Source: Candidatus Woesearchaeota archaeon
GTDB taxonomy: Archaea > Nanobdellota > Nanobdellia > Woesearchaeales > JACJVW01
Assembly: GCA_046496745.1 (NCBI GenBank)
Contig: JAWOGQ010000090.1
Coordinates: 7,861-39,860 of the forward strand
DNA length: 32,000 bases
Reading direction: 5' to 3'
In this document: positions 7,176 to 16,007 of the stretch, one piece after another
Numbering within the stretch: position 1 is the first letter of the stretch
Layout of the letters: each line of letters starts with the position of its first letter
Program-made: the position numbers and the translations under genes
The notes under the pieces: model-generated
Told to the model about the DNA's origin: nothing
The model's input: the letters and a program-made list of their open reading frames with translations, nothing else
The model's database searches: none

Positions 7176-7841
7176 ATGTTTGAAACAGATATAAACCTGG
7201 CAAAAAGATTCATGGATGCTCATCTCCAGGGTGCTGAACTTGTTCTTGTGACTGGTTCAAGGGTCTTTGGTATAACAGAGAGCGATTTTGACCTTTGCGT
7301 GGTAGGGGATTTTTCCGAAGAAGAACTTCGTCGTTATACAAAGTTTGTCACTCTTGAAAAAAAGGTATTCTCAGGTGTTGAGTTTGAGGTACAGGTGGTC
7401 TCATGGGATGAGATCGAAAAGGCTATGGGGAATTATCTTTCCTGGGAAGCATGGCATTTCCATAATGCTTATGTGTTGCATGATCCTTCTGGAAGGTTTG
7501 AAAAACTTAAAGGGCCTTTTCCTGAGTGTAAGGAGGATATGCTGAGGCTCTATGAGCATGCATATGACAGCGTGAAGAACGCGAGAAAAGCGCACATGAG
7601 AGGGATGTATGCTACAGAGGCATCACACAGTTCAGAGGCTCTGCAATATTCATTGTCAGTGCTTTTCTTGTTGAACCGCTCGTATATCCCGCCTGTAAAA
7701 TGGAGGCTTTACTTGTCCGCTAACCTTGAAAAGACGGTCCCTTACGAGGAATCATACATGCTTGAGCAGGTAGAAAGCTTTCTTGAGGGTGTGCGAAAGC
7801 TCCTGGCACAGGAGGTGCCTGTAGAAAGGGTAGAAGGATGA
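7176..7841 (+). CDS. Pol-beta-superfamily nucleotidyltransferase domain protein (KNTase-like, helical C-terminal half)
   Basis: GSRVFGITESDFDLCVVGD fits the minimal nucleotidyltransferase signature G[SG]-x(9-13)-[DE]x[DE]. The C-terminal ~120 aa look all-helical. Confidence 0.65.
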   Translation: MFETDINLAKRFMDAHLQGAELVLVTGSRVFGITESDFDLCVVGDFSEEELRRYTKFVTLEKKVFSGVEFEVQVVSWDEIEKAMGNYLSWEAWHFHNAYVLHDPSGRFEKLKGPFPECKEDMLRLYEHAYDSVKNARKAHMRGMYATEASHSSEALQYSLSVLFLLNRSYIPPVKWRLYLSANLEKTVPYEESYMLEQVESFLEGVRKLLAQEVPVERVEG

Positions 7842-8452
7842 AACTTCTGGATATTCTCTTGCGTCCGAAGAAAGGTATCGATGAGATCAGGGAGGATGGA
7901 CTGGGACAGGCAGCATTCTTTCTTGTGACGCTCATACTGTTTGTCTTCTTGTTTCTCACCTATACATATCTCCAGCAGATAAACGCTTACCTTCAGCAGA
8001 TCGGGTTGGGGATAACGATAACTCCAAAGGTCTATATACTCGCGTATGTGGGGTTCTCGGTATTCTTCATAATCCTTGCATTTTTCAGGTGCTGGATAAT
8101 ACATCTTTTTGTGCGCCTTTTCAAAGGGAAACATGGCTATGCTGAGACATACAAGGCACTGGTGTATGGGCGGGCGCCGGAATACATATCTGCACCGCTC
8201 CTGTTCTTGATTTTCATCCTGGTATTGAGGGGAATGTATCTATGGGTCATTATTCCTGGGTTATTGGTTGCAGGTCTTTCTGTATATCAGATGGTGCTCC
8301 GGTCCAGTGCATTGGCAAGCTTGCAAGGACTCAGTAAGGGAAAGGCTTTTCTGAGCATATATGTCCTTGGTTTTATCGTGCAGTTGCTGGTCTTGGTTGT
8401 AATCGAGGTTATCTTGATATTGCTTTTTCTTGTGGTTAGATCAATCGGCTGA
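7838..8452 (+). CDS. polytopic membrane protein, Yip1-domain-like
   Basis: A polar N-terminus (MKLLDILLRPKKGIDEIRED) is followed by about five hydrophobic helices. An ATGA start/stop overlap links it to the upstream nucleotidyltransferase gene. Confidence 0.6.
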   Translation: MKLLDILLRPKKGIDEIREDGLGQAAFFLVTLILFVFLFLTYTYLQQINAYLQQIGLGITITPKVYILAYVGFSVFFIILAFFRCWIIHLFVRLFKGKHGYAETYKALVYGRAPEYISAPLLFLIFILVLRGMYLWVIIPGLLVAGLSVYQMVLRSSALASLQGLSKGKAFLSIYVLGFIVQLLVLVVIEVILILLFLVVRSIG

Positions 8453-8487
8453 TTGGTAATGTATATCTGCTGTGGTGCAATCTTGGG

Positions 8488-8522
8488 TTCAAAACGGAGC
8501 CAGAGAATTTTTTTGTTTTGAA
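8488..8522 (+). terminator. hairpin plus oligo-T tract downstream of the membrane-protein gene
   Basis: TTCAAAAC (8488-8495) pairs with GTTTTGAA (8515-8522), giving an 8-bp stem. TTTTTTTGTTTT at 8508-8519 is an archaeal-style oligo-T terminator signal. Confidence 0.45.
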
Positions 8523-8579
8523 AGCGGGTCATTTGAAATCATAGGTAAATTAAAATAGTGGTATTTGTAAGTAATCCTT

Positions 8580-8837
8580 ATGGATAATAAAAATGATATG
8601 GATGAGATGGATGGAATGAATGACATGGATGGTGCATTTGAAGATGATGCAAGAGAAGTCACAATAATTGGCAAGCAATTGGAGTGCAATTTCTGTGGGA
8701 ATAATACCTTCTATGAAGTGGATGTCAAACTGAACACCACAGCAACAACTTTTTTTAGCGGGGTATGGAGTTTGCTTGCAGAGAATGCTAAGGCCTATAT
8801 CTGCTCAAAATGCGGAAAAAAGCAAGAATTTGCTTGA
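8580..8837 (+). CDS. small zinc-ribbon protein with Met/Asp-rich N-terminus
   Basis: CNFC ... CSKC Cys pairs flank a ~45-aa core. The N-terminus MDNKNDMDEMDGMNDMDG is encoded by ATGGAT-like repeats. An AAATTAAAATA element is centred ~27 nt upstream of the ATG. Confidence 0.55.
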   Translation: MDNKNDMDEMDGMNDMDGAFEDDAREVTIIGKQLECNFCGNNTFYEVDVKLNTTATTFFSGVWSLLAENAKAYICSKCGKKQEFA

Positions 8838-8859
8838 GTCCAAGACAGGAGAATTTTTT

Positions 8860-8874
8860 AGAAAGCTTTATATT
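8860..8874 (+). promoter_or_regulatory. BRE/TATA archaeal promoter
   Basis: AGAAAGCTTTATATT, with the TATA centre ~26 nt upstream of ATG 8897. It follows an ATTTTTTA T-run (8853-8860) that could terminate the upstream gene. Confidence 0.45.
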
Positions 8875-8896
8875 GGATTGGCAATAAACTATGCTA

Positions 8897-9187
8897 ATGA
8901 AGAAAATTATCCTGATACTTTTGTTCTCCTTGGCCTTGGTGGCCTGCGATCATTCAGAGGATAATATAAAGAAAGAGATCGAGAAGGCCAATTATTGCGA
9001 GACAAAAGATGACTGCATCGATGTTGGAGGCAAATGCCCTTTCGGATGTTATGTGTATGTCAATGAGAATGAGGCTGACAGGATAAAAGGTCTTGTCGAT
9101 TCGTATGAATCGGATTGCGTATACGGATGCATGGCCTGTTTTGATGTCGAATGCAGGGATAATCGGTGCGAGCCTGTCTGTGAATAG
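8897..9187 (+). CDS. secreted cysteine-rich putative lipoprotein
   Basis: The signal peptide MKKIILILLFSLALVAC has a lipobox-like LVAC. The mature part has 10 further Cys. ATG 8891 (track) is 2 codons upstream; I prefer 8897 from promoter spacing. Confidence 0.6.
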   Translation: MKKIILILLFSLALVACDHSEDNIKKEIEKANYCETKDDCIDVGGKCPFGCYVYVNENEADRIKGLVDSYESDCVYGCMACFDVECRDNRCEPVCE

Positions 9188-9205
9188 TTCCTGATTTTCT
9201 AGGGG

Positions 9206-9586
9206 TTAATTAATAGGTTCAGATGTGGGTTGGCATTTTTTATCATCTTGTTCGCACGAAGCTTTTTCATCGAATAATTCCCTGAAAGAATTCTCGCCTT
9301 TTTTGACTGTCTTTTCATACCTCTTTTGTTTGAAATAGGGTGCTTTTGGGTCTAATTCCTGAAGGATTTTTTCAGTTGCCTGCAGGTCGTTTAGGTCTGT
9401 ATTGTTGATTCTTTGGAGTAAATCTGTAAACTCTGAAGGATCGAGCTCTTTTTGGCGGTAGTTGACATAGTTTTGGGTGCGGGTTATTATGTCATCTATG
9501 TTCTCTTTATGGATGATTCCCAACAATATCTTATTGAGCTTGATTGCAAGTTCTTGTCTAGTGATCTTGATTATGTATTCCTGCAT
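9206..9586 (-). CDS. hypothetical protein (126 aa, helical, charged)
   Basis: A clean ORF with an ATG start, divergent from the 9693 gene. No motif recognised. Confidence 0.5.
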   Translation of the reverse strand: MQEYIIKITRQELAIKLNKILLGIIHKENIDDIITRTQNYVNYRQKELDPSEFTDLLQRINNTDLNDLQATEKILQELDPKAPYFKQKRYEKTVKKGENSFRELFDEKASCEQDDKKCQPTSEPIN

Positions 9587-9692
9587 ATGGGGGTGGTAGA
9601 TTTTCTTGTATTAGAATTTATCTGTATTCTATCGTATCTGTATAGTGGTAAAAATAGGAAATTTTATAAATAAGAAAGGTTTTCCTAAGGTT

Positions 9693-10541
9693 ATGAAGGT
9701 TGCACTTGATACTGATATGAACAGGTTGATGGAGGATGCCAGGCAGGAAATAGTGAGTAATTTCCGCCGTTTTTGCGTGCATGAGGATGAGCCTGATGCA
9801 AGGGATTATCTGGGCCTGGAAGATCAGATCGTGGAAGCTGCCAAGCATGACTATAAAGAGCAACATGGGAAACCCTTCAGGGGTGTACTGACGGACAGTA
9901 TCCATAAGGACCTGCTTCTTTCTCTCTGGAATGAGGAGTCAGGAAATAAGCTGGAGAAGATAGTAAAGCCCAGGAGGGAAGGATTTAATCACATAAGGAA
10001 TATCTATTTAGGATCATCTTTCCTGAAGCTTCCAGATGAGGCCAGGGAACTTTTCACTCCTGTGGAAAGGATGGTATTGTATGATGGTGTTGCACGATTC
10101 AAGGCGCAACTTCCCAAGTATGTCCCGCGCAAGACATCAAATGGTGTGCCGACTGAAAAGCTCTTTGATATGCCTGTATATCTTCAGCTTCATGAGCTGG
10201 CATCTACTGCATTCGAAAAGTCAGCGAAAAAAGCCAGAGAGATCGGTAATGTTGGTTATGAAAATCTTGAGAATACTTATGGGATAAATTCTATGGAGTT
10301 GTTTGACCTCAAGGTGCAGGCTCTTTCAGGGGAATGCCAGGAAGAGATCGGGCGTAACCTGCAGAAACCGAATGCGGTTTATGAAAAGCACCGGATTGCA
10401 AATGGCAGGGAGGTTCCTGTGCTGCAGGGAATAACTGACATATACCAGAAAGATCCCTGGACGAGGGTTGGGGGACAAAAGGTTCCTTCAAAGCGACTTA
10501 TAGGAAACTATATAGGCCTTATCACTTCAATGGATCCTTAG
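9693..10541 (+). CDS. hypothetical protein (282 aa)
   Basis: ATTTTATAAATAAG (9661-9674) is centred 26 nt upstream of ATG 9693, so I prefer this start over the track's GTG at 9645, which lies upstream of the TATA. No family recognised. Confidence 0.6.
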   Translation: MKVALDTDMNRLMEDARQEIVSNFRRFCVHEDEPDARDYLGLEDQIVEAAKHDYKEQHGKPFRGVLTDSIHKDLLLSLWNEESGNKLEKIVKPRREGFNHIRNIYLGSSFLKLPDEARELFTPVERMVLYDGVARFKAQLPKYVPRKTSNGVPTEKLFDMPVYLQLHELASTAFEKSAKKAREIGNVGYENLENTYGINSMELFDLKVQALSGECQEEIGRNLQKPNAVYEKHRIANGREVPVLQGITDIYQKDPWTRVGGQKVPSKRLIGNYIGLITSMDP

Positions 10542-10568
10542 ATTCTTTGAGTTTTTTTCTTATCAGGG

Positions 10569-11072
10569 TCAATGATTACTGCCCCTTGAAAGATGGCGGA
10601 TGATTGTTGCCATGCTGTTGGGCTCGCCCTGGATTATGTAGTGGTTGAGGTTGGAGAGATTCTTTATCCGATATACATAGTATTGCAATTCGCGAGGTGT
10701 AAGGCCTCCTTGTTCAGAAGGGACATTGCGTTTGCTGAATACGGGATCCAGTATCGACATGTCTATCACCAGGAGGACTTTTTCTGCCTGGCGTGCAGCA
10801 ACCATCACTGAGTCACATATCTCCTGGTCACTTTCAATAAGCATCTCCTTATCGCTGAACACCCGATAGCCTTTAGGGTATTCCATGCGGGTGCCAAGGA
10901 AGATTGTCCTGGGAAACTGCTTGTGATAGGCGCTGATGTATATCATCTTGTTGTTTTCAGACAAGAAGAGGGAGATGTCCTTTGTTGCGTCTTTTCTTAT
11001 GAGGAAATTATCATGTTCAAGGCTGCCTTCTTTCTTGTGGGGAAACGGAATGTTGTATTCTGAGACTATCAT
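10569..11072 (-). CDS. short, degenerate ureohydrolase (arginase/agmatinase)-fold protein
   Basis: VLLVIDMSILDPVFSKRNVPSEQGGLTPRELQYYV parallels the family motif [LV]S.D.D.LDP.FAPG.G.P..GGL[TS].RE. It is only 167 aa, against ~280-300 for typical family members. An ATGA overlap links it to the upstream CNNM gene. Confidence 0.45.
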   Translation of the reverse strand: MIVSEYNIPFPHKKEGSLEHDNFLIRKDATKDISLFLSENNKMIYISAYHKQFPRTIFLGTRMEYPKGYRVFSDKEMLIESDQEICDSVMVAARQAEKVLLVIDMSILDPVFSKRNVPSEQGGLTPRELQYYVYRIKNLSNLNHYIIQGEPNSMATIIRHLSRGSNH

Positions 11073-12283
11073 CTTGTACTCACCCTTACGAGCAATCGCT
11101 TGCCTGTGCTTTCTACCATCATGGTGGCTTTTTTTGTGGAGTAGGTGTCTTTTTCCTCAAGTTCCTTGTTGAGGCGTCGTTTAAGGAAAGTCTCTATTGT
11201 CTCGTACTCTCTTCCCTTGAATCTAAGGTGACATACCATGTTGAGGTCATAGATGGTGGTATTCCCATCGATTATGTAATTGTTCTCATCCACCTTGCGG
11301 ATGTGTGTCTTGTCAATGTCTGTCTCATCGTATATCTCTCCTACTATCTCCTCAAGGATATCTTCGAGGGTGAGTATGCCTGCAATAGAGCCATCATCTT
11401 TCTTTAGTATGGCAAAATGAACTTTCTTCTTTTGCAGGATGCGAAGCAGGTTATCAAGGAAGATATTTTCCGGAGCAAATATTGCGGGGCGCATCAGTTC
11501 CCTGACTGTAAGGTCTGTTCGCAGGTTTCGAAGTATGTCCTTGATATAGAGTATACCTATCAGGGAATTGTGGTTGTTTGAGAAGACAGGTATCCTGGAG
11601 AAACCTCTCCTGTTTGCGCGGGGTATTATCTTTGAAACCGGGTCTTCTTCATTGACATAGAACACTTTATCGAAAGGGACCATTATCTCATTTGCTTTCA
11701 TATCAGAGAACCTGAATATGTTGTGGATCATCTCTCTTTCGTCTTCTTCAACCTCTCCTAGCTCTTCTCCGAGGTTGATCACTGATTTTATCTCATCTTC
11801 GGTTATCTCAGGACGTATGTGCCGGGGAAATAGGCGGGTTATGAATCTTGTGAGATGCTGGAACATGAAGCTTAGCGGATAGAAAAGCTTGACGAGAAGG
11901 TTGATAAAGGGCGCTGTCATGAGGCATATCTTTTCGTTGTGGACCATCGCGATGTTTTTCGGGGTTATCTCGCCGAACACGAGTATTATGAAAGTCATGA
12001 TGCCTGTTGCGATGCCTACTCCTACTGATCCGAAAAGATCTATGGCTATTCCAGTTGCAATTGCGCTTGCTCCAATGTTCACGAGATTGTTGCCTATGAG
12101 GAGGGTTATTATCAATCTGTCATAATCATCCTTAAGTTTCTTGATGAGGCGTGCTTTCTTCTCTTTTTTTTGTATAAGATGATGGATCCGGAAGTTGCTC
12201 ATAGAGACAAAGGCTGTTTCTACTCCTGCAAAGAATGCTGAGCCTGCAATGAGTATTACCAGTAAAAGTATATCAAATATCAT
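11069..12283 (-). CDS. CNNM/HlyC-CorC family transporter (DUF21 membrane domain + CBS pair + CorC_HlyC)
   Basis: The N-terminus MIFDILLLVILIAGSAFFAGVETAFVS and LLIGNNLVNI are typical of DUF21. These are followed by a CBS-pair-like region and a C-terminal transporter-associated domain. Confidence 0.8.
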   Translation of the reverse strand: MIFDILLLVILIAGSAFFAGVETAFVSMSNFRIHHLIQKKEKKARLIKKLKDDYDRLIITLLIGNNLVNIGASAIATGIAIDLFGSVGVGIATGIMTFIILVFGEITPKNIAMVHNEKICLMTAPFINLLVKLFYPLSFMFQHLTRFITRLFPRHIRPEITEDEIKSVINLGEELGEVEEDEREMIHNIFRFSDMKANEIMVPFDKVFYVNEEDPVSKIIPRANRRGFSRIPVFSNNHNSLIGILYIKDILRNLRTDLTVRELMRPAIFAPENIFLDNLLRILQKKKVHFAILKKDDGSIAGILTLEDILEEIVGEIYDETDIDKTHIRKVDENNYIIDGNTTIYDLNMVCHLRFKGREYETIETFLKRRLNKELEEKDTYSTKKATMMVESTGKRLLVRVSTR

Positions 12284-13945
12284 TTACATCCGCTCTAGTG
12301 CAGTGATGCCAAGAAGCTCAAGCCCTTCTTTTATTACCTTTCGTGTCGCATCAATCAGTTCCAGCCTTGCATCACGTATTACATCCTCTTCTTTCAGAAC
12401 CGGGTACTTGTGGTAGAACTCGTTTGTCAGCTGGGAAAGACGGACGAGGTAACGGGCTATGACTGAAGGGTCATTCCGTTCTGCGCTTTCCCTGATTGTC
12501 CCGGGAAAATCATTGATGAGCTTGAGGATCTCTTTTGTCTCATCTTCCCTGAATGCCTTGCAATTGATCTCTGTGGGTCTCTCTCCTTTACGTAGTATTG
12601 AGCAGAGCCGCGCGTGGGTGTACTGGATATAGGGGCCTGTTTCCCCGTCGAATGAGATGGATTCGCTTGGCTTGAATACGAAGTCTCTTAATGGGTTGAA
12701 CTTGAGGAAAAAGAATCTTATCGCTGCTTCTGAGATCGCATTGCTTCTCAAATCACGTTCGTCGGGTGTGAGGTCCTCGTAGCGCCTGTCAATCTCATCC
12801 AGTGTGAGCTGGTGCACTTCGTCTAAAAGATCGTCTGCATCAATCACTGTCCCTTCCCTGGATTTCATCTTGCCTTCAGGAAGCTCTATCATTCCATAAG
12901 CAAGATGGATACAATCATCTGCAAAAGAATATCCCAGTCTTCTGTATATCTCGAAGAGGACATTGAAGTGGTATTTCTGCTCGTTTCCCACTATGTAGAT
13001 CATCTTATCAAATGTGAAGTCCTCATGACGGAGTTTTGCAAGGTAGATGTCCTGGGTCATGTATACTGCTGTCTTGTTTGCCCTGAGGACAATCTTTTTT
13101 CCGAGGTTCTTATCTTCAAGATCGATTGTTACTGAACCATCCTCTTCTTCCTGGAATACTGTTCCGGTGTTTTCCATGATTATCTCTTTTCCCTTGTGAT
13201 AGATATCGCTTTCGTAGTAGTTCTTGTCTATCCTGAAATCAAGTCGTTCAAAGGTCTGTTCAAAGCCCTGCAAGACCCAGTTGTTCATCTTCTTCCAGAG
13301 CGCTATGACTTCTTCATCTCCTTTTTCCCATCTCTCAAGCATCTGCTGGGCTTCTTCTTCCAGTTCAGGTGTCTTGTTCTTTGAGAAGAGAACGTAGTAG
13401 TCACCTACAAAATGGTCTGGTTTTTTTCCTGCACTCTCGGGAGTGTCATTGCCCCATTTCTTGTAGGCAAGCATTGACTTGCATATGTGCACACCGCGGT
13501 CGTTCACCATGTTCACTATGTAAGGGGTGTGTCCTGCGGCGGCAAGAATCCTTTTCATTGAATCTCCAAGCAGGATGTTCCTGAGATGCCCTACATGAAG
13601 AGGCTTGTTCGTGTTTGGGCTTGGAGACTCTAAGAGGATAACCTTGCCTGTGTTTTCGCTTTTTCCATAATCCTCTTTCAGGGGAAGGATCTCTTCAGCG
13701 AGTTTTCTTTGATTGATAAAGAAGTTGAGGTAGGGGCCTTTGACTTCAACCTTACTTATGGCATCGCCCAATTGTACCTGTTTTGCAAGATCCTCAGAGA
13801 TCTCTGCAGGGTTTTTCTTCAATTTTCTTGCGAGCGGAAAGCAAGGAAGCGCGAAGTCACCTAGTGATGGGTCTGGGATCTCGAGTTCCAGTTTTTCTCC
13901 TGTAAGTTCTTCTATGTGATCCTGGATTATCCTGTGGTGATCCAT
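12284..13945 (-). CDS. argS: arginine--tRNA ligase
   Basis: It has the class I HIGH motif (PLHVGHLRN), ArgRS-typical length (553 aa) and a C-terminal ...ALERM ending in Met. The anticodon-binding DALR-type C-terminal region is present. Confidence 0.9.
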   Translation of the reverse strand: MDHHRIIQDHIEELTGEKLELEIPDPSLGDFALPCFPLARKLKKNPAEISEDLAKQVQLGDAISKVEVKGPYLNFFINQRKLAEEILPLKEDYGKSENTGKVILLESPSPNTNKPLHVGHLRNILLGDSMKRILAAAGHTPYIVNMVNDRGVHICKSMLAYKKWGNDTPESAGKKPDHFVGDYYVLFSKNKTPELEEEAQQMLERWEKGDEEVIALWKKMNNWVLQGFEQTFERLDFRIDKNYYESDIYHKGKEIIMENTGTVFQEEEDGSVTIDLEDKNLGKKIVLRANKTAVYMTQDIYLAKLRHEDFTFDKMIYIVGNEQKYHFNVLFEIYRRLGYSFADDCIHLAYGMIELPEGKMKSREGTVIDADDLLDEVHQLTLDEIDRRYEDLTPDERDLRSNAISEAAIRFFFLKFNPLRDFVFKPSESISFDGETGPYIQYTHARLCSILRKGERPTEINCKAFREDETKEILKLINDFPGTIRESAERNDPSVIARYLVRLSQLTNEFYHKYPVLKEEDVIRDARLELIDATRKVIKEGLELLGITALERM

Positions 13946-13971
13946 GGTCTAAGGGTCGGATGGGTTCTTTA

Positions 13972-15120
13972 TTAAGTTATGCCTTCAAGATTCAGGTCGT
14001 CTAGTTCTTCTACTGTGTTTATGAATGATTGCAGGGCTATGATATGAAAACTGTGGGCCCAGGCAAGCGGGCAGTTATCGTTCGGCTTACCTTCTGTGTA
14101 GAGTTCGGGAATGCAACCATCGACCAGAAGCCCGTCAAGCATCTCAAGGTATGACTTGCTTTTCCTGAGATGTTCTATGCTCTCCTGGTTATGCTTTCTT
14201 GATGCAAGCTTGTTATGGACTATGGATAACCAGGCGATACCAAGCGGCCATTCAGCTTCTTTACCCTGGGAATTGAAGTACCAGTCACCTTTGTATCTTA
14301 TGACTCCTTTTTCCCGGAGCAATTGGCTCTCTACGTCTGAAAGGAGCTTGTCCTGCATGCTCATCTCTATTATGTTATAGGGCCAGATAAGTGATAACTG
14401 GGCCATGTCAGTGTCTCGTGTCTCAGATTCCCTTGGCAGGAGGTCCTTTAGGGCTTTTTCACCTGTCTCAAAGTACCTGTCTGAAACCGGTACTATCTTT
14501 GAGAGATTGACCAGGTCCTTGTACTTGTAGTCGTAGTACCCTTCATCATGCCACATTGTAAGGCCTGCAAGGATGGCAGCAAGGGATGAGGAATGCACCT
14601 CAGGTCCTTCTTCCCACATGCCGTAGTCAGGATAAGTCTCCCAGCGGAATGTGAAGACGTACTGTATGAGGTCACGGATCAGCTCCCGCTGTTCCATTGT
14701 CTTTATGACCTGGTGACCTTTCTTGATAAGGTCTCCTGTCTTGTACAGGAAAAGGCCTATGACATCAAGCTGGTGATGGCCCCACTCGTTGGAGAGCTCT
14801 TCTAAGGTGTTTGGATGGAACCGGGCATGGAGGGCGTGTTCTTTCGGGATCTTGGTAATGAGGAGCTTGTGGCGATATTTCAGCATTATGGTCATGACCA
14901 GTTCAAAGCTCTTGATCATGTGGTTGAAATTACCGAGGTATTCGTTGGCGTAGGTCGCATACATTATATCCCTTAACCAGAGAACATTGTACCTGCCTGT
15001 GCCGTCTGGTTTGCCGGGGTTTGGGGATGCCAGGTATCCGCCATTGATCCGTCTCAGGGTCTCGAGTTTTTCGAATGAGCGCTCGAGCCGTGTACTACGT
15101 GTTGATGCGAAGGATTCCAT
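13972..15120 (-). CDS. glycoside hydrolase family 15-like (glucoamylase-type alpha/alpha-barrel) protein
   Basis: NVLWLRD and PDYGMWEEGPEVHSSSLAA match the GH15 catalytic WEE region. I chose ATG 15120 because TTTATATAT on this strand (15143-15152) lies only 6 nt from ATG 15138 but ~28 nt from ATG 15120. Confidence 0.7.
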   Translation of the reverse strand: MESFASTRSTRLERSFEKLETLRRINGGYLASPNPGKPDGTGRYNVLWLRDIMYATYANEYLGNFNHMIKSFELVMTIMLKYRHKLLITKIPKEHALHARFHPNTLEELSNEWGHHQLDVIGLFLYKTGDLIKKGHQVIKTMEQRELIRDLIQYVFTFRWETYPDYGMWEEGPEVHSSSLAAILAGLTMWHDEGYYDYKYKDLVNLSKIVPVSDRYFETGEKALKDLLPRESETRDTDMAQLSLIWPYNIIEMSMQDKLLSDVESQLLREKGVIRYKGDWYFNSQGKEAEWPLGIAWLSIVHNKLASRKHNQESIEHLRKSKSYLEMLDGLLVDGCIPELYTEGKPNDNCPLAWAHSFHIIALQSFINTVEELDDLNLEGIT

Positions 15121-15142
15121 GATGAGAACAGTAACCATCTTG

Positions 15143-15152
15143 ATATATAAAT
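15143..15152 (-). promoter_or_regulatory. TATA box for the GH15 gene
   Basis: The minus-strand sequence ATTTATATAT is centred ~28 nt upstream of ATG 15120. Confidence 0.4.
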
Positions 15153-15170
15153 GTGTGGAATATGGGCTGC

Positions 15171-15186
15171 CGAAAGCTTTAAATAT
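15171..15186 (+). promoter_or_regulatory. BRE/TATA archaeal promoter for the FKBP-ftsZ-secE-spt5-rpl11 cluster
   Basis: CGAAAGCTTTAAATAT, the same consensus as at 1335, 7139 and 8860. It is divergent from the GH15 promoter. Confidence 0.45.
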
Positions 15187-15265
15187 GCCACTAGTTTTTC
15201 TAAGGGCATAGTTCTTCTTGATAGTGAAAAGCTATCCAGATGAAAAACCAAAAGGAGAAATTACA

Positions 15266-15997
15266 ATGAGCACAATAAAAGAGCATGATTTCATAGAACT
15301 CGATTATACCGGAACCCTCCAGGAAGACGGGATGGTATTTGATACCACCGACAAGGAGACAGCGAAGGAGCATGGGCTTGATGACGGTTCACGTACGTTT
15401 GAATCACTTGTCATCTGTGTAGGGGAAGGCCATGTCCTGCCAGGGATAGATGAGTTCCTGATAGGAAAAGAGCTGGGGAAATACAAGATAGATATCCCTC
15501 CTGAGAAGGGTTTTGGAAAACGGGATGCTAAATATATCCAGCTCATACCAACCTCAAAATTCAAGAAGCAGGGGATACAACCTGCGCCAGGGCTTCAGGT
15601 CAATGTTGACGAAGCAATGGGGATAGTAAAGACAGTCAGTGGCGGAAGGACTATCGTTGATTTCAATCATCCTTTCTCAGGACGGGCCCTGCATTATGAA
15701 GTTGAGGCAAAACGGATTGTTACAGATCCACAGGAACAGATCAAGGCACTCCTTTCTGTAAAATACGGGGTTTCTATAGGAGTCTCTGTTGCAGAGGAGG
15801 TCTGTACTCTTAAATTCAAGCAGGAGCTTCCTGACGAGATAAAGGATGAACTGAAAAAGGAGATCACCAGGCTTGTTGCAGTCAATGATGTGGTCTTTGA
15901 AGTAGAACCTGATCAAATTGAGCAAAACAAACATAAAGAGGTAGCACATAACAAACCAAAAGAGGTCTCTCATGATAAGCATGAAGAACTGAACTGA
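15266..15997 (+). CDS. FKBP-type peptidyl-prolyl cis-trans isomerase, long archaeal/SlyD-like type with insert-in-flap domain
   Basis: DYTGTL..G.VFDTT, GEGHVLPGIDEFL and VDFNHPFSGRALHYEVE are FKBP/SlyD signatures. ATG 15266 is preceded by AAAGGAG, whereas the track start at 15218 is a TTG. Confidence 0.85.
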   Translation: MSTIKEHDFIELDYTGTLQEDGMVFDTTDKETAKEHGLDDGSRTFESLVICVGEGHVLPGIDEFLIGKELGKYKIDIPPEKGFGKRDAKYIQLIPTSKFKKQGIQPAPGLQVNVDEAMGIVKTVSGGRTIVDFNHPFSGRALHYEVEAKRIVTDPQEQIKALLSVKYGVSIGVSVAEEVCTLKFKQELPDEIKDELKKEITRLVAVNDVVFEVEPDQIEQNKHKEVAHNKPKEVSHDKHEELN

Positions 15998-16007
15998 GGT
16001 GCACTCT

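Noticed and set aside
1-8000. The idea that the sigma-like region is bacterial contamination or a chimeric join
   Set aside because: I cannot exclude this without reads. However, the operon is embedded between genes using the same BRE/TATA consensus and similar AT-rich codon usage, with no visible compositional break. I therefore kept it as a finding, with an explicit assembly check.
7742-8134. 130-aa minus-strand ORF across the NTase/Yip1 junction
   Set aside because: It is antisense to two well-supported, translationally coupled plus-strand genes and has no recognisable motif.
8485-8500. GGTTCAAAAC, resembling a tRNA T-loop
   Set aside because: There is no complementary T-stem, acceptor stem or anticodon arm around it. 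It is better explained as one arm of the 8-bp terminator hairpin.
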